Part shown: positions 1 through 13,600 of the stretch, in pieces
Layout of the letters: the number at the start of each line of letters is the position of its first letter
Numbering within the stretch: the first letter of the stretch is position 1
NCBI GenBank assembly: GCA_028534125.1
Contig: CM052816.1
Location: 63,862,001 to 63,926,000, forward strand
From: Lama glama
Lineage: Eukaryota
Direction of reading: 5' to 3'
DNA length: 64,000 nt
Translations under genes and position numbers: made by a program
The notes under the pieces: model-generated
The model's database searches: none
Told to the model about the DNA's origin: nothing
The model's input: only the letters and a program-made list of their open reading frames with translations

Positions 1-410
1 AAAAAATAAAATACTCTGGAATAAACCTAAACAAGGAGGTGAAAGACTTATATGCAGAGAACTATAAAACACTGATAAGGAAATTAAAGACAATTTAAAG
101 AAATGGAAAGATATCCCAAGCTCTTGGACTGAAAGAATCAGTGTTGTCAAAATGGCCATACTACCCAAAGCAATCTACAGATTTAATGCAATCCCTACCA
201 AATTACCCAGGACATTTTTCACAGAACTAGAACAAATAATCCTAAAATTTACGTTGAATCACAAAAGACCCAGAATCACCAAAGCAATACTGAAGAAAAA
301 GAATGAAGCTGGAGGAATGATGCTCCTAGACTTCAAACAATACTACAGAGCTACAGTAATCTAAGCAGTGTGGTATGGGCACAAAAACAGACATATGGAT
401 CAATGGATCA
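1..410 (+). mobile_element. LINE-1 ORF2 fragment (post-RT region), disrupted
   Basis: ORF 152-364 [33 protein letters not shown]...[12 protein letters not shown]...[11 protein letters not shown] is classic L1 ORF2. A premature TAA at 362-364 is followed by AVWYGHKNRHMDQW. Confidence 0.95.
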
Positions 411-516
411 AGATACTGAATATAGTTCCCTGTGCTATACAGTATGAACTTCTTGTTTATCTGTTTCATATATATTAATTAGTATATGCAAATCTCAAAC
501 TCCCAGTTTATCCCTT
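409..516 (-). mobile_element. LINE-1 3'UTR fragment (young, cetartiodactyl/camelid-type), antisense
   Basis: caagatactgaatatagttccctgtgctatacag matches the L1 3' end copy at 19497-19530 in this window. Confidence 0.85.
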
Positions 517-789
517 GCAAGTGGCCAACCCAGCCTCTGGAAGACTGGGAGGACCATCACACTCCCCAGCTCTCCCTCCAGCTCTTCTCTGCTCCGTGCT
601 CCAGGTGGATGGGCTGAACCACTGCCAATCCCCCAGTAATCCTCAGCCTCTCTTGATTCCAGGTTTCTTCAAATGCTGCCACTCAGCCTTGAATGCTACT
701 CCCTCCATCATGAGGTCCCCCTGCACCCCAGGTCTTAGTGGAGTGCCCTTCCCATGTCCTCCCCAGCTTCCTGCACTCATGCCCCCTGA

Positions 790-958
790 GCACTTCTTAT
801 GGTGTGTAACTCCCTGTTCAGTCACTTGTCTTCCCAACAGACTGCAGACTCCATAAAAACAGGACCGTGATGGTTTCGTTGTCATATCCCCATGTATACC
901 AAGTGTCCAGCATGCAGTAGATGCTAAATGTAATTTTTACTGAATGCATAATAAATAA
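790..958 (+). mobile_element. L2 3' end fragment
   Basis: agactgcagactccat...aagtgtccagcatgcagtagatgct...tgaatg resembles the L2 terminus. Confidence 0.55.
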
Positions 959-1200
959 GCTAAAAACGGAATATTCAGGATTTGCAGCAATGCCTATCCA
1001 AGAATAGAGGAATGACCCAGGGCTTCGTTTGTGGGAGTTAGACAAAAGGTGACTCTTTTTTGAAAACAAATCCCACCTCCAAATTAGGGCGCACTGTGTA
1101 TGAACTGGATTTCAGTCCTCACTGACCCCTCCCTCAGGTGTCCTGTTGCAGTGAACAACCTGCCCACACATGTACCACAGACCTGGAAGGATCTTTATAC

Positions 1201-1374
1201 CAGTAGTTTTCAACTCGCCACATGTTGGAAAAACCTGGTTGTTCTTTGAAAATATCCCTGCCCAAGCCCTACTCTCAGAGATTCAGATTTAACTGGTCCT
1301 GGGACACTAGTTATTTTTAAAACCACCCCCTAACCCACTACTCCAGATATTGCAGCCTGGGCTGAGAACTACAG
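1201..1374. mobile_element. MER5A-like hAT-Charlie MITE
   Basis: Termini cagtagttttcaac / ctgagaactacag and internal cagagattcagatttaactggtc. Confidence 0.7.
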
Positions 1375-1639
1375 CTTCAGACTTCCCCTCATGAACATCT
1401 CAAACTAGCAGATGTGTGATTGCATCCTGTACACATGCATCGACATACCGATGGGTCTCTATTCCAGCTGCAGTGCTAATGCCAGCACCAACCACTGGCA
1501 CGTCTAGATTCATTGCCAGGAGCTGTTACCTTTCACACCCAACTCCAGGTGTCCAGGTATGCCCCTCAACCTATCCCTCATCAAGAAGAATGCTAAGAGG
1601 CAGCTGAACCACTACCCTGGAACTGCAGCTCAAGATTGT

Positions 1640-1830
1640 GGGGGCAGGAGTTCCAAAGTGACTCCTGTCCACACCTCACCGTGCAACCTTGAGGAAGTTC
1701 CTCTACAATTCCCTGCTTCAGTTACCTTGGCTATAAAATTAAACTAATGGCATGGATCTACTTGCCAGAAATGTCATAAGATTTAATGAGCAAATAATTG
1801 TAAAGTGCTCCATAAATATAAATTGTTGCA
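1640..1830 (+). mobile_element. MIR SINE
   Basis: Degenerate MIR core (accttgaggaagtt...cttcagttacc...ataaaat) and 3' tgtaaagtgct. Confidence 0.55.
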
Positions 1831-2799
1831 CAATTGCTAAATAACTTCATTGTGTAAAATTCCATAGACATCTATCCTGTTCCTTTGGGTTTTTTAAAAA
1901 AATCACTATTTATTTGATTTATGCACGCAAGATAGCATTTGCCTAAAAACCCTTTCTTACATGGGTATTCTCTTTGATTTATTCTCTTTCACTCTGCCAG
2001 CACACAGCCTGACACATGTATAAAGGATTTGCAAGAAAAATCACTTAATGCATAACGTTTCCTTTGTTGTGACTGTCTTATCATGAACTGTTATACTTGT
2101 CACTTATTCTCAGAATTGTTTGTCTGGTTTTCGTTCAGGCTTATAAATACTCACCTTGGATATGGTTTATAGACAGTGTAGGGAAAACAAATACATATGC
2201 TGAAATAGTCAACTTAGATTTATTCTTACTTAAGGAAAAAAAGGCTTAAAGTTTTAATGTGTGCTTGATAAGCTATAATTCAGCCTGAAAGATGCGAGCA
2301 GTTTATATTTACTCTCCTGGGTAAGCTTGACACTTACGGTTTCCACTCTTCTCAGTACCTCTTCAGTAGGTTATGTCTTTCCCAGAACTGATCTCCTAGC
2401 ACAATTTCTAAGAATGCTATTTCCAGAGGAATGGGGATGTTAGCCAACTATGTACTGTAGAGGAGTGGAACATGGGGGACTCAAGAATTTGAGTATTTGT
2501 GAAGTACTGTGAATAGACTCGGCTACTACCATATCTAACACTGCTCAGAATGCCAGACCTTTGAAACATTTGTGAAGAAAAAGGTTTGTCCTTGGCGCTT
2601 CGAAATCCCTCGACATCAACCTCCATTCCTTGAATATTACCTTTTCTATTCCAGAAGAAAGCCTTCCAACCTCATCAGGCAAGGGTATTGGGTGTGCTCT
2701 CCAGAGGAGGCCCGAGAGTCTTGTGTGAAAGCAGAAGTATCTCTCACCCCCGGCACCAGAGCTGCGGTGCGCTGTGGTCTGTAGGCACAGGACTCGGTT

Positions 2800-2975
2800 T
2801 TTCCTCCCATGCTGAGGTAAGTCACTTCATTTTCCCGAGCCTCAGTTTCTTAATCTGTAAGATGAAGACACAAGTGCCCAATAGGATCATTGTTGAGACA
2901 AAGGACATGGCCTTCATGAGATGTCTAGCACAGGGTCAAGCACACAAAAGGAATTCTTCAAAGGTTTGCTGAATC
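2800..2975 (+). mobile_element. MIR SINE
   Basis: aagtcacttc...gagcctcagtttcttaatctgtaagatg MIR core. Confidence 0.75.
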
Positions 2976-3099
2976 TGAATTGTAAAGTATCCAGGATCAT
3001 AATCCATGGAAAAGAGCTGTGTTGAAAATGAGAGACAGGGTAGTTAACTGTAAAGGAAAACAACAGGCTTTGGTTTCAGGAGCACTGTATACCTCTCCC

Positions 3100-3245
3100 T
3101 GCCCCCAACTGGCTGTGTGACCTTGGGTAAATCCCTTAACTTCTCCCACCCATTGTTCTCCGAGCAGGAGAAAGAAGATCATGGTGTCCATCTCACAGAG
3201 TATCAGGATTACTATTGCGTACAATAGCACAAGTGCATCCTTGTA
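3100..3245 (+). mobile_element. MIR SINE
   Basis: gctgtgtgaccttgggtaaatcccttaacttctc MIR core. Confidence 0.7.
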
Positions 3246-4077
3246 GAAATGGAGGTTTTGATAGGGTTGATGACAATGATTTTCATTGCCTTATTTTTAG
3301 GAAATAACTCGTCAGTAGTCTCTCAATCAGTGATGGATTAGGGATTAAAAACGGTATCTTTATAGACCTCAGAAACCTTTTATTGACTACACATTGAAAA
3401 GTCTCTCACTAGTTACTTTTCTTCAGTCATAAGATATATGGATCAAATACTTTATACAAGGCTGGTGTTTCTCTCAGCTAAGACATTACATAGCCACACT
3501 GATTAAGGCCCTCCGAGCCACTTGCAAGACATTCCTCTCATAGCATGTTAATAGCTTAAGTTTCCTTCATGATTACTAATTTCATGTGACTTCACGGGAT
3601 GATTACATATTTATGTATTATTTATTATGCAAATCTAGCATTATACATTATTTAAAGCCATATTAACAGTATGTATTATTTATAATGGAACTGTATTAAT
3701 ATATATTATTTCAAGTAACTTTGGCTAGGTTTTTTTTTCCCCTGTGGATCACGGTCATTGGAAGTTAGTATTCCATTCAAGTATCAATGCAGCTCTCCTT
3801 CCAGGGACATTGCCATCAAGTTCCCTATCAGCACAACTTCTGCACAGCCATTGTCTGTGAAATGACTCTTAACATTAAGGGGCAAAGTCTACGGGCTCTC
3901 TGACTGACTATAGTCATGGCTAAAATAGTGCCACTCCTTTGAAAAATTGTGATGTAGGTGGTTTGCCATTGAGATTCCACTGCCTTTGATAGCAACTTTC
4001 ATTCACAGAACATCATCTTTCCCATTCTGAAGGAAAACAATCAGATAAATCTGAGAAACTGAGCCATGGTAAAAGTA

Positions 4078-4612
4078 GGTCTCAGTTAAGAGGTATTTGG
4101 CTGCAAGTCACAGAAAGCCTGGGAAAAGTGGCATAAATATTAGGACTGTATGTTATCTCACTTAACAGGGAGTTCAAAGGTAGATGAGCCCAAGGATGGT
4201 TCTGTGGTTCAAAGTAGGGGGCAGCCTGTCTACGGTTCCTGTTCTTTCATCCTGTGTTTGACAATATTACCCTAAATTGTTGCCACATAAATGCAAACTA
4301 GTTGATAGATATTCAAGCATCAAATCCTCTCTCAACCTCTTCTAAGAACAGCATGAAGGAGTAACAGAAAAAGGAATTCTTCCAGCTCTAGCTCCATTTT
4401 CGGTCTGGGAGAAAACCTTTTCCAGAAATTCCCCAGTAGACTGAGTCACATGCCCACAACTTCACAGACAAACAGTAGTAGAGATTTTTTTTTCACATAC
4501 AGAACAAACTGTTGCATCCCCTGAGACCTGGAACATTCAAATGCAAGCAAAATCAAGGCTCTGATAGTAAGGAAAAAGGGATAGCAGGTGGATGACCATG
4601 AATATCTAATAT
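4078..4612 (-). mobile_element. LTR33-like ERVL solo LTR
   Basis: tcagttaag...ggctgcaagtcacagaaa...atctcacttaacagggagttcaaaggtag at one end and ggctctgatagtaaggaaaaaggg near the other. Confidence 0.65.
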
Positions 4613-4684
4613 CACTCTTTATGATAAAATTTATGTTTGAAAGAGATTTGGGATTTTCAAAAGAACCTAGAAGGAGTTTCAATT

Positions 4685-5797
4685 CATTCCCAAGATGGAG
4701 TAACAGGTACGAGATTTACTTTCCCATCTGAAAACAAACAAAGCAAACAAACAAACAAAAACAACCTGACAAACCAGAGTAAATAAAGGAAGCAATTATT
4801 TTCAAGACATTGGACATCAGGGAACAGTGGTTACAGAGAGACAAGAAATAAATGTTATGAGATCCAAAAAATGCTAGAGAAAGACCGACCATGTTATATA
4901 GAGACGTGAAAGGTATAAAGAAGATCTAAATAGAACTTCTAAAATGTCTGAGATGAAAATATACCAGATGGGGTTAATGACACTTTAAAGTCCCTGAAGG
5001 AGTGAGGGAGATAACAAAAAAATGTTTGAAGAAATAATGGGCAAAAAGTTTCCAAATCTGATGAACACTTTAAGCCCACAGACATAAGAAGCTCAATAAA
5101 ACACAAGTACAAAAAAAAATTAAGAAAACTATTCCAGGGCACATCACAATCAAATTGCTTAAAAGTAGCAATGAAGAGAAAATCTTCAAAGCAGAAAGAA
5201 AAAAAGACATGGACGGGGGACAAAGATGGGCATGCCACCAGATTTCTCACTAGAAACAATGCAAGTGAGAAGACAACGGAGCAACATTTTAAATGCTTTG
5301 AAAGAAAAGACTCTAAAATTTTAAAAGCTGAATTTATAACCCAGGAAAAATAGTTTTCAAAAATGAAGGCAAAATGAGGACTTTTTTTTAGACATACAGA
5401 AGCACAAATAATTCATCACCAGCCAGCCTACATTAACAAGAAGTGTTAAAGAAAATTCTTAGGGCAGAAGTAAAATGATATTAGAAAGCAATTTGGAATT
5501 GAGAAGGCTGGGAAATGCAATTGAATGGGTAAATATAGACTTTTTCATTTTATTTAAATTTCTCAAAAACAAAATTGATTGCTTAAACAAAAATGATAAC
5601 AATGTGGTGTGCAACTTATATTATATGTAGAAGTTAAATGTATAACAATAGTACAATGGCCTGGAGGGGAGAAATGGAAACATACTGCTGAAAGATTTTT
5701 GTACTATGCTATAAAAATGCTATACATGTATACTACACATGAGTGGTATACTATCATTTGAAGGTAGACCGCAATAACTTAAAGATATATACTATAA
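4685..5797 (+). mobile_element. Ancient L1M (L1ME/L1MC-type) 5' region and ORF1 remnant
   Basis: caagatggagtaacagg 5' motif; ORF1-like cacatcacaatcaaattgctt...gagaaaatcttcaaagcag; inter-ORF-like gaaggtagac. Confidence 0.8.
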
Positions 5798-5798
5798 G

Positions 5799-6890
5799 CC
5801 CCTCATACCATGCATGCCATAAGGAGACCAACCAGTCACTTGGTCACAGTTGACTAAACTGGGCCTCTTCCACCCTAGAAGGGGCAACTATTTATCTTGA
5901 TTGAGACTGGCACATATTCTGAATATGGGTCTGCCTTATAGAGTGTTTGATCCACCAGCACAGGATTGCACAGAACATCACATTAGATTGGAGAGCCACT
6001 TTCCCACTAAGGAGATGCAGCAGTATGCACATGACCATAGGATTTGCCAGTTTTATCACATTCTTCATCTTCCAGAAGCTGCTGAACTTCTGGAACAATA
6101 TTTGGACAAGGCAGCTGAGGTGCCATTTTGGAGAAGATATCCTAACAGAATGGGATGTCACTGTCCAGGATACAATATATTTTCTAAGTTAACACTATAA
6201 TATGTTCCTGTAGGAACACGTCTGTGAAGCTAAAGGTGAGAGTAGCATCACTTTCAGTGACCTGGCGAATTTCTGCTTTTTGTCCCTACAACTCTAGACT
6301 CTGCAGATCTGAAGGCACAGGTTCCAAATGGAGTGATTATTTCCACCAGACGATGCAGTGAGGATCCTGTTAAATTGTAAGCTACCACAGCTGCCCAGGT
6401 TGGGCTCCTAACTTCAAGAAACCAACAGGCAAGGGAAGGAGTCACTATCCCAGTGGTAACTGAGCAGAGATATTGAGGAGGGTACACAGTGGGGACAGAG
6501 AATACTTAGCACGTCAGTGATGCACTGGAAAATCTTTTGGTATTCCTGTGACCAATCTCCACAACAAATGGACTCAAGCAGCAGCCATGGCCTGAGATGC
6601 GCATGGCGACCAGTGTCTCAAAACACTCAGAGATGAGGACTAGGTGGCCCCTCCAGCTTACCCACCAAGACCATCAGAGATACAACTAAAAGTAGGTAGA
6701 ATAGGAAACAAAGGAGAGAGACACAGCTGGAGCTTTGAGACCAGCTGCAGTGGTGGGGGCTATATGTCGTTCTACTACAATAATACTCCTACTTTTCCCA
6801 AGAAGAGAAACCAACCAAAATCCTGAGAACCTGTTTCCAGATGGGCTGAACTTCGTTTAGAGGAAGATACAGGTAGTAAAAAGGGAGTAC
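5799..6890 (+). mobile_element. ERVL internal remnant: degenerate integrase and 3' region (ERV3-16A3-like)
   Basis: From ~5823 the translation GDQPVTW..VD*TGPLPP*KGQLFILIETGTYSEYG matches ERVL integrase GDQPATWWQVDYIGPLP...GIDTYSGYG. ORF 5901-6200 contains HFPTKEMQQYAHDHRICQFYHILHLPEAAELLE (cf. HFTAKEV..WAH.HGI.W.YHVP.HPEAAGLIE). A polypurine tract aaaagggag precedes the LTR. Confidence 0.85.
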
Positions 6891-7295
6891 TGCATTTGAT
6901 AAGCCTCTGAGATCTCCTTCAGGATTAATTATTTTTCTACCTGTTGATAACTCATACTCAGGCCTCTCTCCAGAAATTCCCCTCTATTAAAGGGAGCTAC
7001 CCTATCCAATATGTACCACTGCCTGGCCTATATCCAATAACTAGTTACGAGGGGAGGCCCCATTCTCGTTCCTCAACTCATTCAGTTATAAGGGGCCATC
7101 TCAGCTCCAGCATTACCAGTAGGATTGTCTGAGATCTCTGTTACAACTGCATCACAGTTCAACTTCTCCCTCTGCTGAATCCTGCGTCCCTCATCCCTCA
7201 CAGGTGTTAATCCCAAGAGCTCTCCCTCAATAAGCCCCCTGCATGCAAATCTAAGAGACTCTATGTCTGTTTTCTAGGGAATCCAATATATGACA
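6891..7295 (+). mobile_element. LTR16-family 3' LTR of the ERVL remnant
   Basis: TG start after the PPT and ...tgaca end; LTR16-like ggccatctcagctccag and aataagccccctgcatgcaaatct. Confidence 0.8.
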
Positions 7296-8087
7296 CCCAC
7301 CATGCTCACGTCATATAATGAGGAAAAGATGCAGAGGCCGGCATGCTTAACATAAAAGGCAAGGTATGCCAGCAGAAGAGAGATACTGCACATAAGGAAG
7401 AAACTGCTAAAACTGCCGGTTGAGGGCTTTAAAGTACTAGATCAGCCTTGGGTGAAGAGAACTTGAATCGTCTTTTAGGCTGCCACCTCCATGTACTTGA
7501 AAGGCTAGCCCTGGTCCCAACAGAAATGTACAAGTGGGCATCATATTTCAAAAACGGGTGGGAAAGTTCTTAGATTTCCCTGGACCACTGGCACCATCCC
7601 AGAGCAAAATGCCTTCAACAAATGTGAAACCAAGCCTCTTTGACCACAAAGCCTCAAGGCATTGGAGGCAGATAAAATGGCAATACGAAATGGCAGTTTT
7701 GTATTTATATAAAATATAAAATGGCAGATAAAAGGGAGACATCATTAATTCATTAAGCAATTTATCTAGGCTGGTCTTCTAAGGCATTCCAAAAAACCAG
7801 TTTTAAACTCAGTTTCCCAGTACATGGATAAACTTATCTCCCCAGTACTAAACCTTGGGTAGAATCTCTGAAACCCACCCCGCTCCTGAGACCACTGCAA
7901 GTCCTTGTTTACCTTTACTGTGACAAAGTGTCCAAAATCCAGATGACCCAAGATGATCTGGACAACTGTCTGGAGGAATAAAATTTTTGTGGAATGCCAG
8001 TTCTCTCGTCCAACTTTCCATAATTCCCTGCTTATTTATTCTACAAGTGTAGAATCCAGGTCTCTCTTTACCCTGGCTTACTAGTCA

Positions 8088-10365
8088 TTTTTTAACTTTT
8101 AATTTAGATTTACAAAAAAGTTGCAAAGATAGAACAGAGTATTCCTGTCTACTCTTCACTCAGCTTTCCCTAATGTTAACATTTTACATAGCCATGGTAC
8201 ATGGTCAAAACTAAGAACTTAATATTGGTATATACTTTTGACCAAACTGCAGCCTTTATTTGGATTTCACCAGTTTTTCCACAAATGTCCTTTTTCTGTT
8301 CCAGAATCCAGTCCAGGAGACCACATCACATTTAGTCATCATGTTTTCTTAGTCTTCTCAATCTGTGACAGTTTCTCATTCTTTTCTTGTTTTTTTTTTA
8401 AGTGTTTTGTGACCTTTCAGTTTAAAGACCACTCTTCAGTGATTTTGTAGAATGTCCTTCAATTTGTGTTCATATGCTGTTTTCTCATGATTAGACGAGG
8501 GTTTTAGGTTTTGGGAAAGAATACCACAAAGGTGAAGTGTCTTCCTCAGATCACCTTGATATTGACATGCTGATGTTAACTGAATTTCCGCTCCTTCCTC
8601 TTTTTCCTTTCCATATACTATTTTTTGGAAGCAAGTCACTAAGTCCAGCCTACATTCGGGGGAAAGGAGTTAAGCCCCATCTCCTAGAAAGGAGTATTTA
8701 CGTATATCATTTGGAGTTCTTCTATTTTTTCCTTCTCCCATTCATTTATTTCAGTCATTTATTTGTATCAGTATTGACTTATGGATATTTATTTTATTCT
8801 TTATGTTTTAATCCTTTTGAGGAACTATTTTGTTGCTCAAATTGGCCACTGGGACCTCTTTCAGATTAGCGCCTAAGTCTCCTTGACAGGCAGGTATCAT
8901 TCTTTTTTAAAAAATTTCCATTTCTTGACTTTTTTAAAGCATTTCCTTAAATTCTGGCATTACAAGGTGCTCCAGGTTCACCTTTATTTTCCTTTCCCCA
9001 GCCCTAAGATCACCCATTTCTCCAAAGTCCTGGTTCCTTTTGTTGGAGAATGGTTGCTGAAAACCAAGATCTGGGTGTTGAAAGTGCTTTTTGCTGTGAG
9101 CTGTCACTGCTTCTAGGCTCTCTCGGTGGTAAGAGCTATGAAATACATGAATGTATACTAACCCACACAAACACACATGACTCTTATTTCTCACTCTGTG
9201 TGTGTATATAGGTATATATATGAAAATAAATATGAGTTCATACTGATATCTCTGACTCTAATCCAGTAGCCCAGGATCGTTCTAGCTGTCCCCTTTGTTT
9301 ATTCATGACTTTTTTTTTCTGGTTCCCATTTTCTGTAACTTATTGGCTTATTTATTCAGCCCTAGTGTATATATAAAGCAGTTTCAGAATTGCTAACTTA
9401 TATTCCTATGAGAAACAAATTTACCAACTAGGGTACAGTATACATGTGCAGGACTTTTTGTCTTTAGCCTTACAGTATACAATCAAAACACCATTTTCCA
9501 AAGTTACTTAGGTTAGATCCCTCTCCCCGCTCCTTTCAGTAGGTTGTGTCATTCATTTAGGATACATTTAGATTCATTTATCACAGGTTCTCTGACATGC
9601 TGGTTTATTTTTTTAAATCTGCATAAAGTTCATCCTTTGTGGTGTACAAATCTATGGGCTTCACTGGATATACAGAGTCATGCAGCTGCACCCCAGTGCC
9701 ATCCAGAATAGCTCCATTATCCACCCCCTTCCGAATTTCCTTACGTGGAGCCCTTGTGCTCAACCACTTCTCCCTTGCTCAACTTCTAGCAGCCATTGGC
9801 CTGTTTTGTCTCCCTACAGGCAGCCTTTTCCAGAACATCACATACATAAATGTAATATTATAATATGGAGGATCTAGCTTTTTGAGTCTAGCTTTTCCCA
9901 CCTAGTGAAATGTACTTAAGATTTATACATGCTGTTGCATAAATGAAGAACTCATTCCTTTTCATTACTGAAGAGCATGCTGTCTTATGATAGTAGCACA
10001 GATTGTTTATCCATTCACCTATTGAAGGACATCTTGCTTGTTCCCAGGTTTTTGCCAATTGTGAATAGACATCTCTAAACACAATGTACAGGTTTTTCTG
10101 GTATGAAGTTAAGTTTTCAGTTCACTTGGGTAAATTCTTAGGAGTGGGGTTACTGGGTTGTATGATAAATTTGTGTTTAACTTTATGAGAAACGGCCAGC
10201 TGTTTCCTGAGCCTCTGCGTTCTGTACTCCTGGCAGCACGCCTGAGAGTTCCAGTTGCTCCACAGCCTCCATGGCATTTCGTGTCACTAGGTTTTTAAAG
10301 GCGATTGTAACAGATGTGCAGTGGTGGCTCACAGTGGCTCACGTTTACATTCCCCTAATGACTTA
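8088..10365 (-). mobile_element. L1MC-type long 3' end, antisense
   Basis: tttagatttacaaaaaagttgcaaagatag terminus; L1 3'UTR blocks such as ttatccattcacctattgaaggacatcttg and ggagtggggttactgggttgtatg. Confidence 0.85.
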
Positions 10366-10504
10366 CTAATTTTTAATGTTCTGTGCTGGATTTTAAAAAA
10401 CTTTACCAATGTTAGCCTTGGGGAAAATAAACTCAGATGAAAGGAAAGGGTGTAGAATGTGTGAGGTTGTGGGACAGAGAGATTTCTGAGAAGTTAGACG
10501 AGAA

Positions 10505-10650
10505 CAGAAGGGATGCTGTACTGGAAGACATGGATCTGAATCCTGGATCCACCACAGTGTGTTCTTCAGAAGTCACTGAACTTTTGAAGTCTGTTTATTC
10601 TCATAATTTAGGTAAATTGTGAATATGCCTTGCAAATTGCCTAGTACAGG
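10505..10650 (+). mobile_element. MIR SINE fragment
   Basis: gaagacatggatctgaatcctggatccacc...aagtcactgaac degenerate MIR. Confidence 0.5.
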
Positions 10651-13600
10651 GAGGCAGGACTTGCCTCTCTAGCCCCTCCTTCTGTAGTCATCTGCCTTTG
10701 GGTGCAGTCTGTGTCACTTGAGCTTCATTCTTATGCAGCACCTTCAGGCCGGCCCTGGTTCTCCAAGGTGTCACCATCCCACACACCCTGCCTCACTAAC
10801 CTTCCATAGTTCTCATCTACACCTCACTTATCATAATTTACTTTTTTGGGGGGGCAGATGGGAGAGGGAAGGGTTGATAAAGACAAATGCAGATCCGCAC
10901 TGGGGAAGGAGCATGAAAATTCAACCTGTGAGAGCTCCAGCTCTGCCACTAGACATCTGCAAGTCAATTGGTTTTTCCAGTTGGAGTTTTTTTCATGTAT
11001 TTAATGGGAACACTCAACCAAGAGCCATGATGAGAATCTAACTACAGAAACAGATAGTAGATATTTACAGACCTCATTAGGCTGTGGTATAAATAATCAG
11101 GTGTTGCAGCTTTCCGTGGCCCCTAGGCTCCACCTACAGGACCATGGTCTTCAGTGCTCACCCCTCTCAAAGCATCCCCAGTTACTCCTGGGGCCTCTGA
11201 ACCATCTCATATTTGCTGAAGGCCAGTCCTTCCTTGTCTTCCCCACACAAGATGATGTCTACTGCTTTTGCAAGAATGCTGCTTCCTGCCTAGGCTAGGG
11301 GATGCCTCTGTGGGCTGCTAAAACCACCAGACACCTGAGGTGCTAAAGGATGATACAGGTCCTTTACTGCTGGCTGGGTCGCTGAAGCGGGGCCAGATTC
11401 CATGAACAAATGGGCTGCCTGCCCCTCCTTCACATTCTGTGCCGTAGTAAGTTATTTAGATTCCAAAGAGCATTGCTTGCGCTCCCAGTCTCAGCCCCTC
11501 AGAAAAGTAGCTCTTTTAGTGACCTCTTATAGCCCGACTCCTCCATCAGGGGCTCAAAGGCCAGTTTGGGGGTGCTGGACTGGAGGCAGATCACAGCTTC
11601 ACTAAAATCCTGACCTATGTCCCCTACCCTGCCTCCCAGAGACCTTGATAGTAAATACTTTCTCCTGATAGGCTACATCCTACCATGCAAACCACTGAGG
11701 GAGAGAGCTGTGAGAAGAGGACGGGGAGGGAGTGTTTTTTCTAGAACCACACACATAGTTTCAGCTGAAGTTTGGCTCACCTGGGGCCATCTCACAGAAA
11801 TGCAATGATGTAAAAGTATTTTTTAAACCTTAAAGTGCTCTAAGATATTTCTTATCATTAGTACATATATGGGATCCATGCTCCAGTGTGAACTACCTTC
11901 AGGAAGCTAGAACACGATCAGCATGGAGTAAAGATGATGAGAATTTCAGGGCGAGAGCGGAGGCCTCGAGTCAAACCCCCGCAGACACCCCTTCCCCAGC
12001 GCACTCTCCTGCTAGAGCTGATCCTGCCACTGCCTCTCTTTAAGCAACAACCCTGTGTTTCTGAACACACCTTGATTCCTGCTAGAGGCTATGTTGACCT
12101 AGTAGATCAGATGCAATCAGCCAGACACAGGGAAGGGCAGCAGCCAGATCCTTTTCAAACTGTTTGAAAATGTATTTTAAATAATGAAGGCACACAAAAT
12201 AGAAGAACTGGCCTCCCATCCCTCCCTCAGCCCCAGGGAGTCCTCTGATGGCTCCGTTCCCAGGAGTGCAGAGCTCAGCAGACAGGCCTGCAATGGACAA
12301 GTTTGGAGAATTGTCTGATACTGATTTCTGAAACAAAGACAGGAACTAATGACAGACTTTGCTTGACTATGGGTCTCCGGAGGCTATGCACAGGAAGGTG
12401 GGACAGAGGCAGAGCACTTGCCAAAATATCCTCCGTCTCTTGTCTTCCCCAAGCTCAGCCTCTGGCTTCAGCTCTCCTGGTGAACCCTGGCCTGACACAG
12501 AGGCTTACTGATAAAAGAATGGAAAGCTCAGCTGAGGGCCAGAGCTCCAGGACTCAGTCAAGGTGAGAGGGGACATCAAGGGGCTGCTGGGAGGGGTCTG
12601 CAGAGGGGGCAGCTTCAGCCATCCCAAGCTCTCTTGGGATGTCTAAGAGAGGTTGCTCACTCAGTGTCCACTGCACAGTGGGTCTCCACCGTGTCCTGCT
12701 CGTTCTCACCTTACAGTAGCTCTGAGAGCTTTCTGGTGGGGTGGAGGGTAGCCCTGGGCCCAGAAGCCACTGACAGAGCTTTTACCCTGTAGACAGGACC
12801 ACAACTGAATGAGGCCACTGCTTGGGGCCAAGACTTGCCTCACTGCTGTCAGCAGAACCCACTGAGCAAGCCCTTGCCCCGGAGGAGTAAACATTTGCCT
12901 TTTGTGGAAAAGATGATCCTGCTCTCACCCTGCTCTGGAGTTCTCCACATTTCTCGGCACAGGATGCACAGGACAACCCATCCAGCAGGTTAGGTGTCAG
13001 TGCCTCCCAGGCTGAAGCTCTCCCCACTTTCCTTCACACTCAGGAAGGCAAGCTGTTGTGTAACAGAATGAGAGCTGCACTATTTTAGCTTTGACTCTGA
13101 ATCAGGTATTATAATTCAGTTAATTTCCAACATTGGTATTTATTTGCTACAAATAATTTGCAAAACAACTTCTGAAAGTGGGTCACAAGAGTGTGATTGA
13201 GAAGCCTGTTCTAGAGAGTGAGCAACCAGTTGGTGGTGAAAGAAGGTGCCATGTGTGTAAAAGACTGTAAAAAAGAATTTTTCTACTTTCCCTTCCTTTC
13301 TACCCTCACTTATAGTCTTTGATCTAGCTCTGCCTCCCCAGAAATGCAGAAAGGCCAGGAAAAGGACCACGAATAATCTTTGCTTCCGGCTTGAAAAATA
13401 GAAAATATACGATGCTTTAAAAAAGCTAAAAATTAGGTGTTGAAGAAAACAGTGAGTCTCAAGTGTGTCAGTTAATTGAATATTATGTCACAGAACTTGC
13501 CTGCATAATATTTTTGGCATCTTTGGAGAGAATGGAGAAACAGCTGTTAGCGTCCTTTTCAAAAAGTTTCACAAGGGATTACCTAGTCTCTCACTACAGT

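Noticed and set aside
152..364. 70-aa ORF as a gene
   Set aside because: Fragment of L1 ORF2 ending in a premature stop.
5901..6200. 99-aa ORF as a domesticated integrase
   Set aside because: Only part of it is in the integrase frame, and the surrounding sequence has stops and frameshifts.
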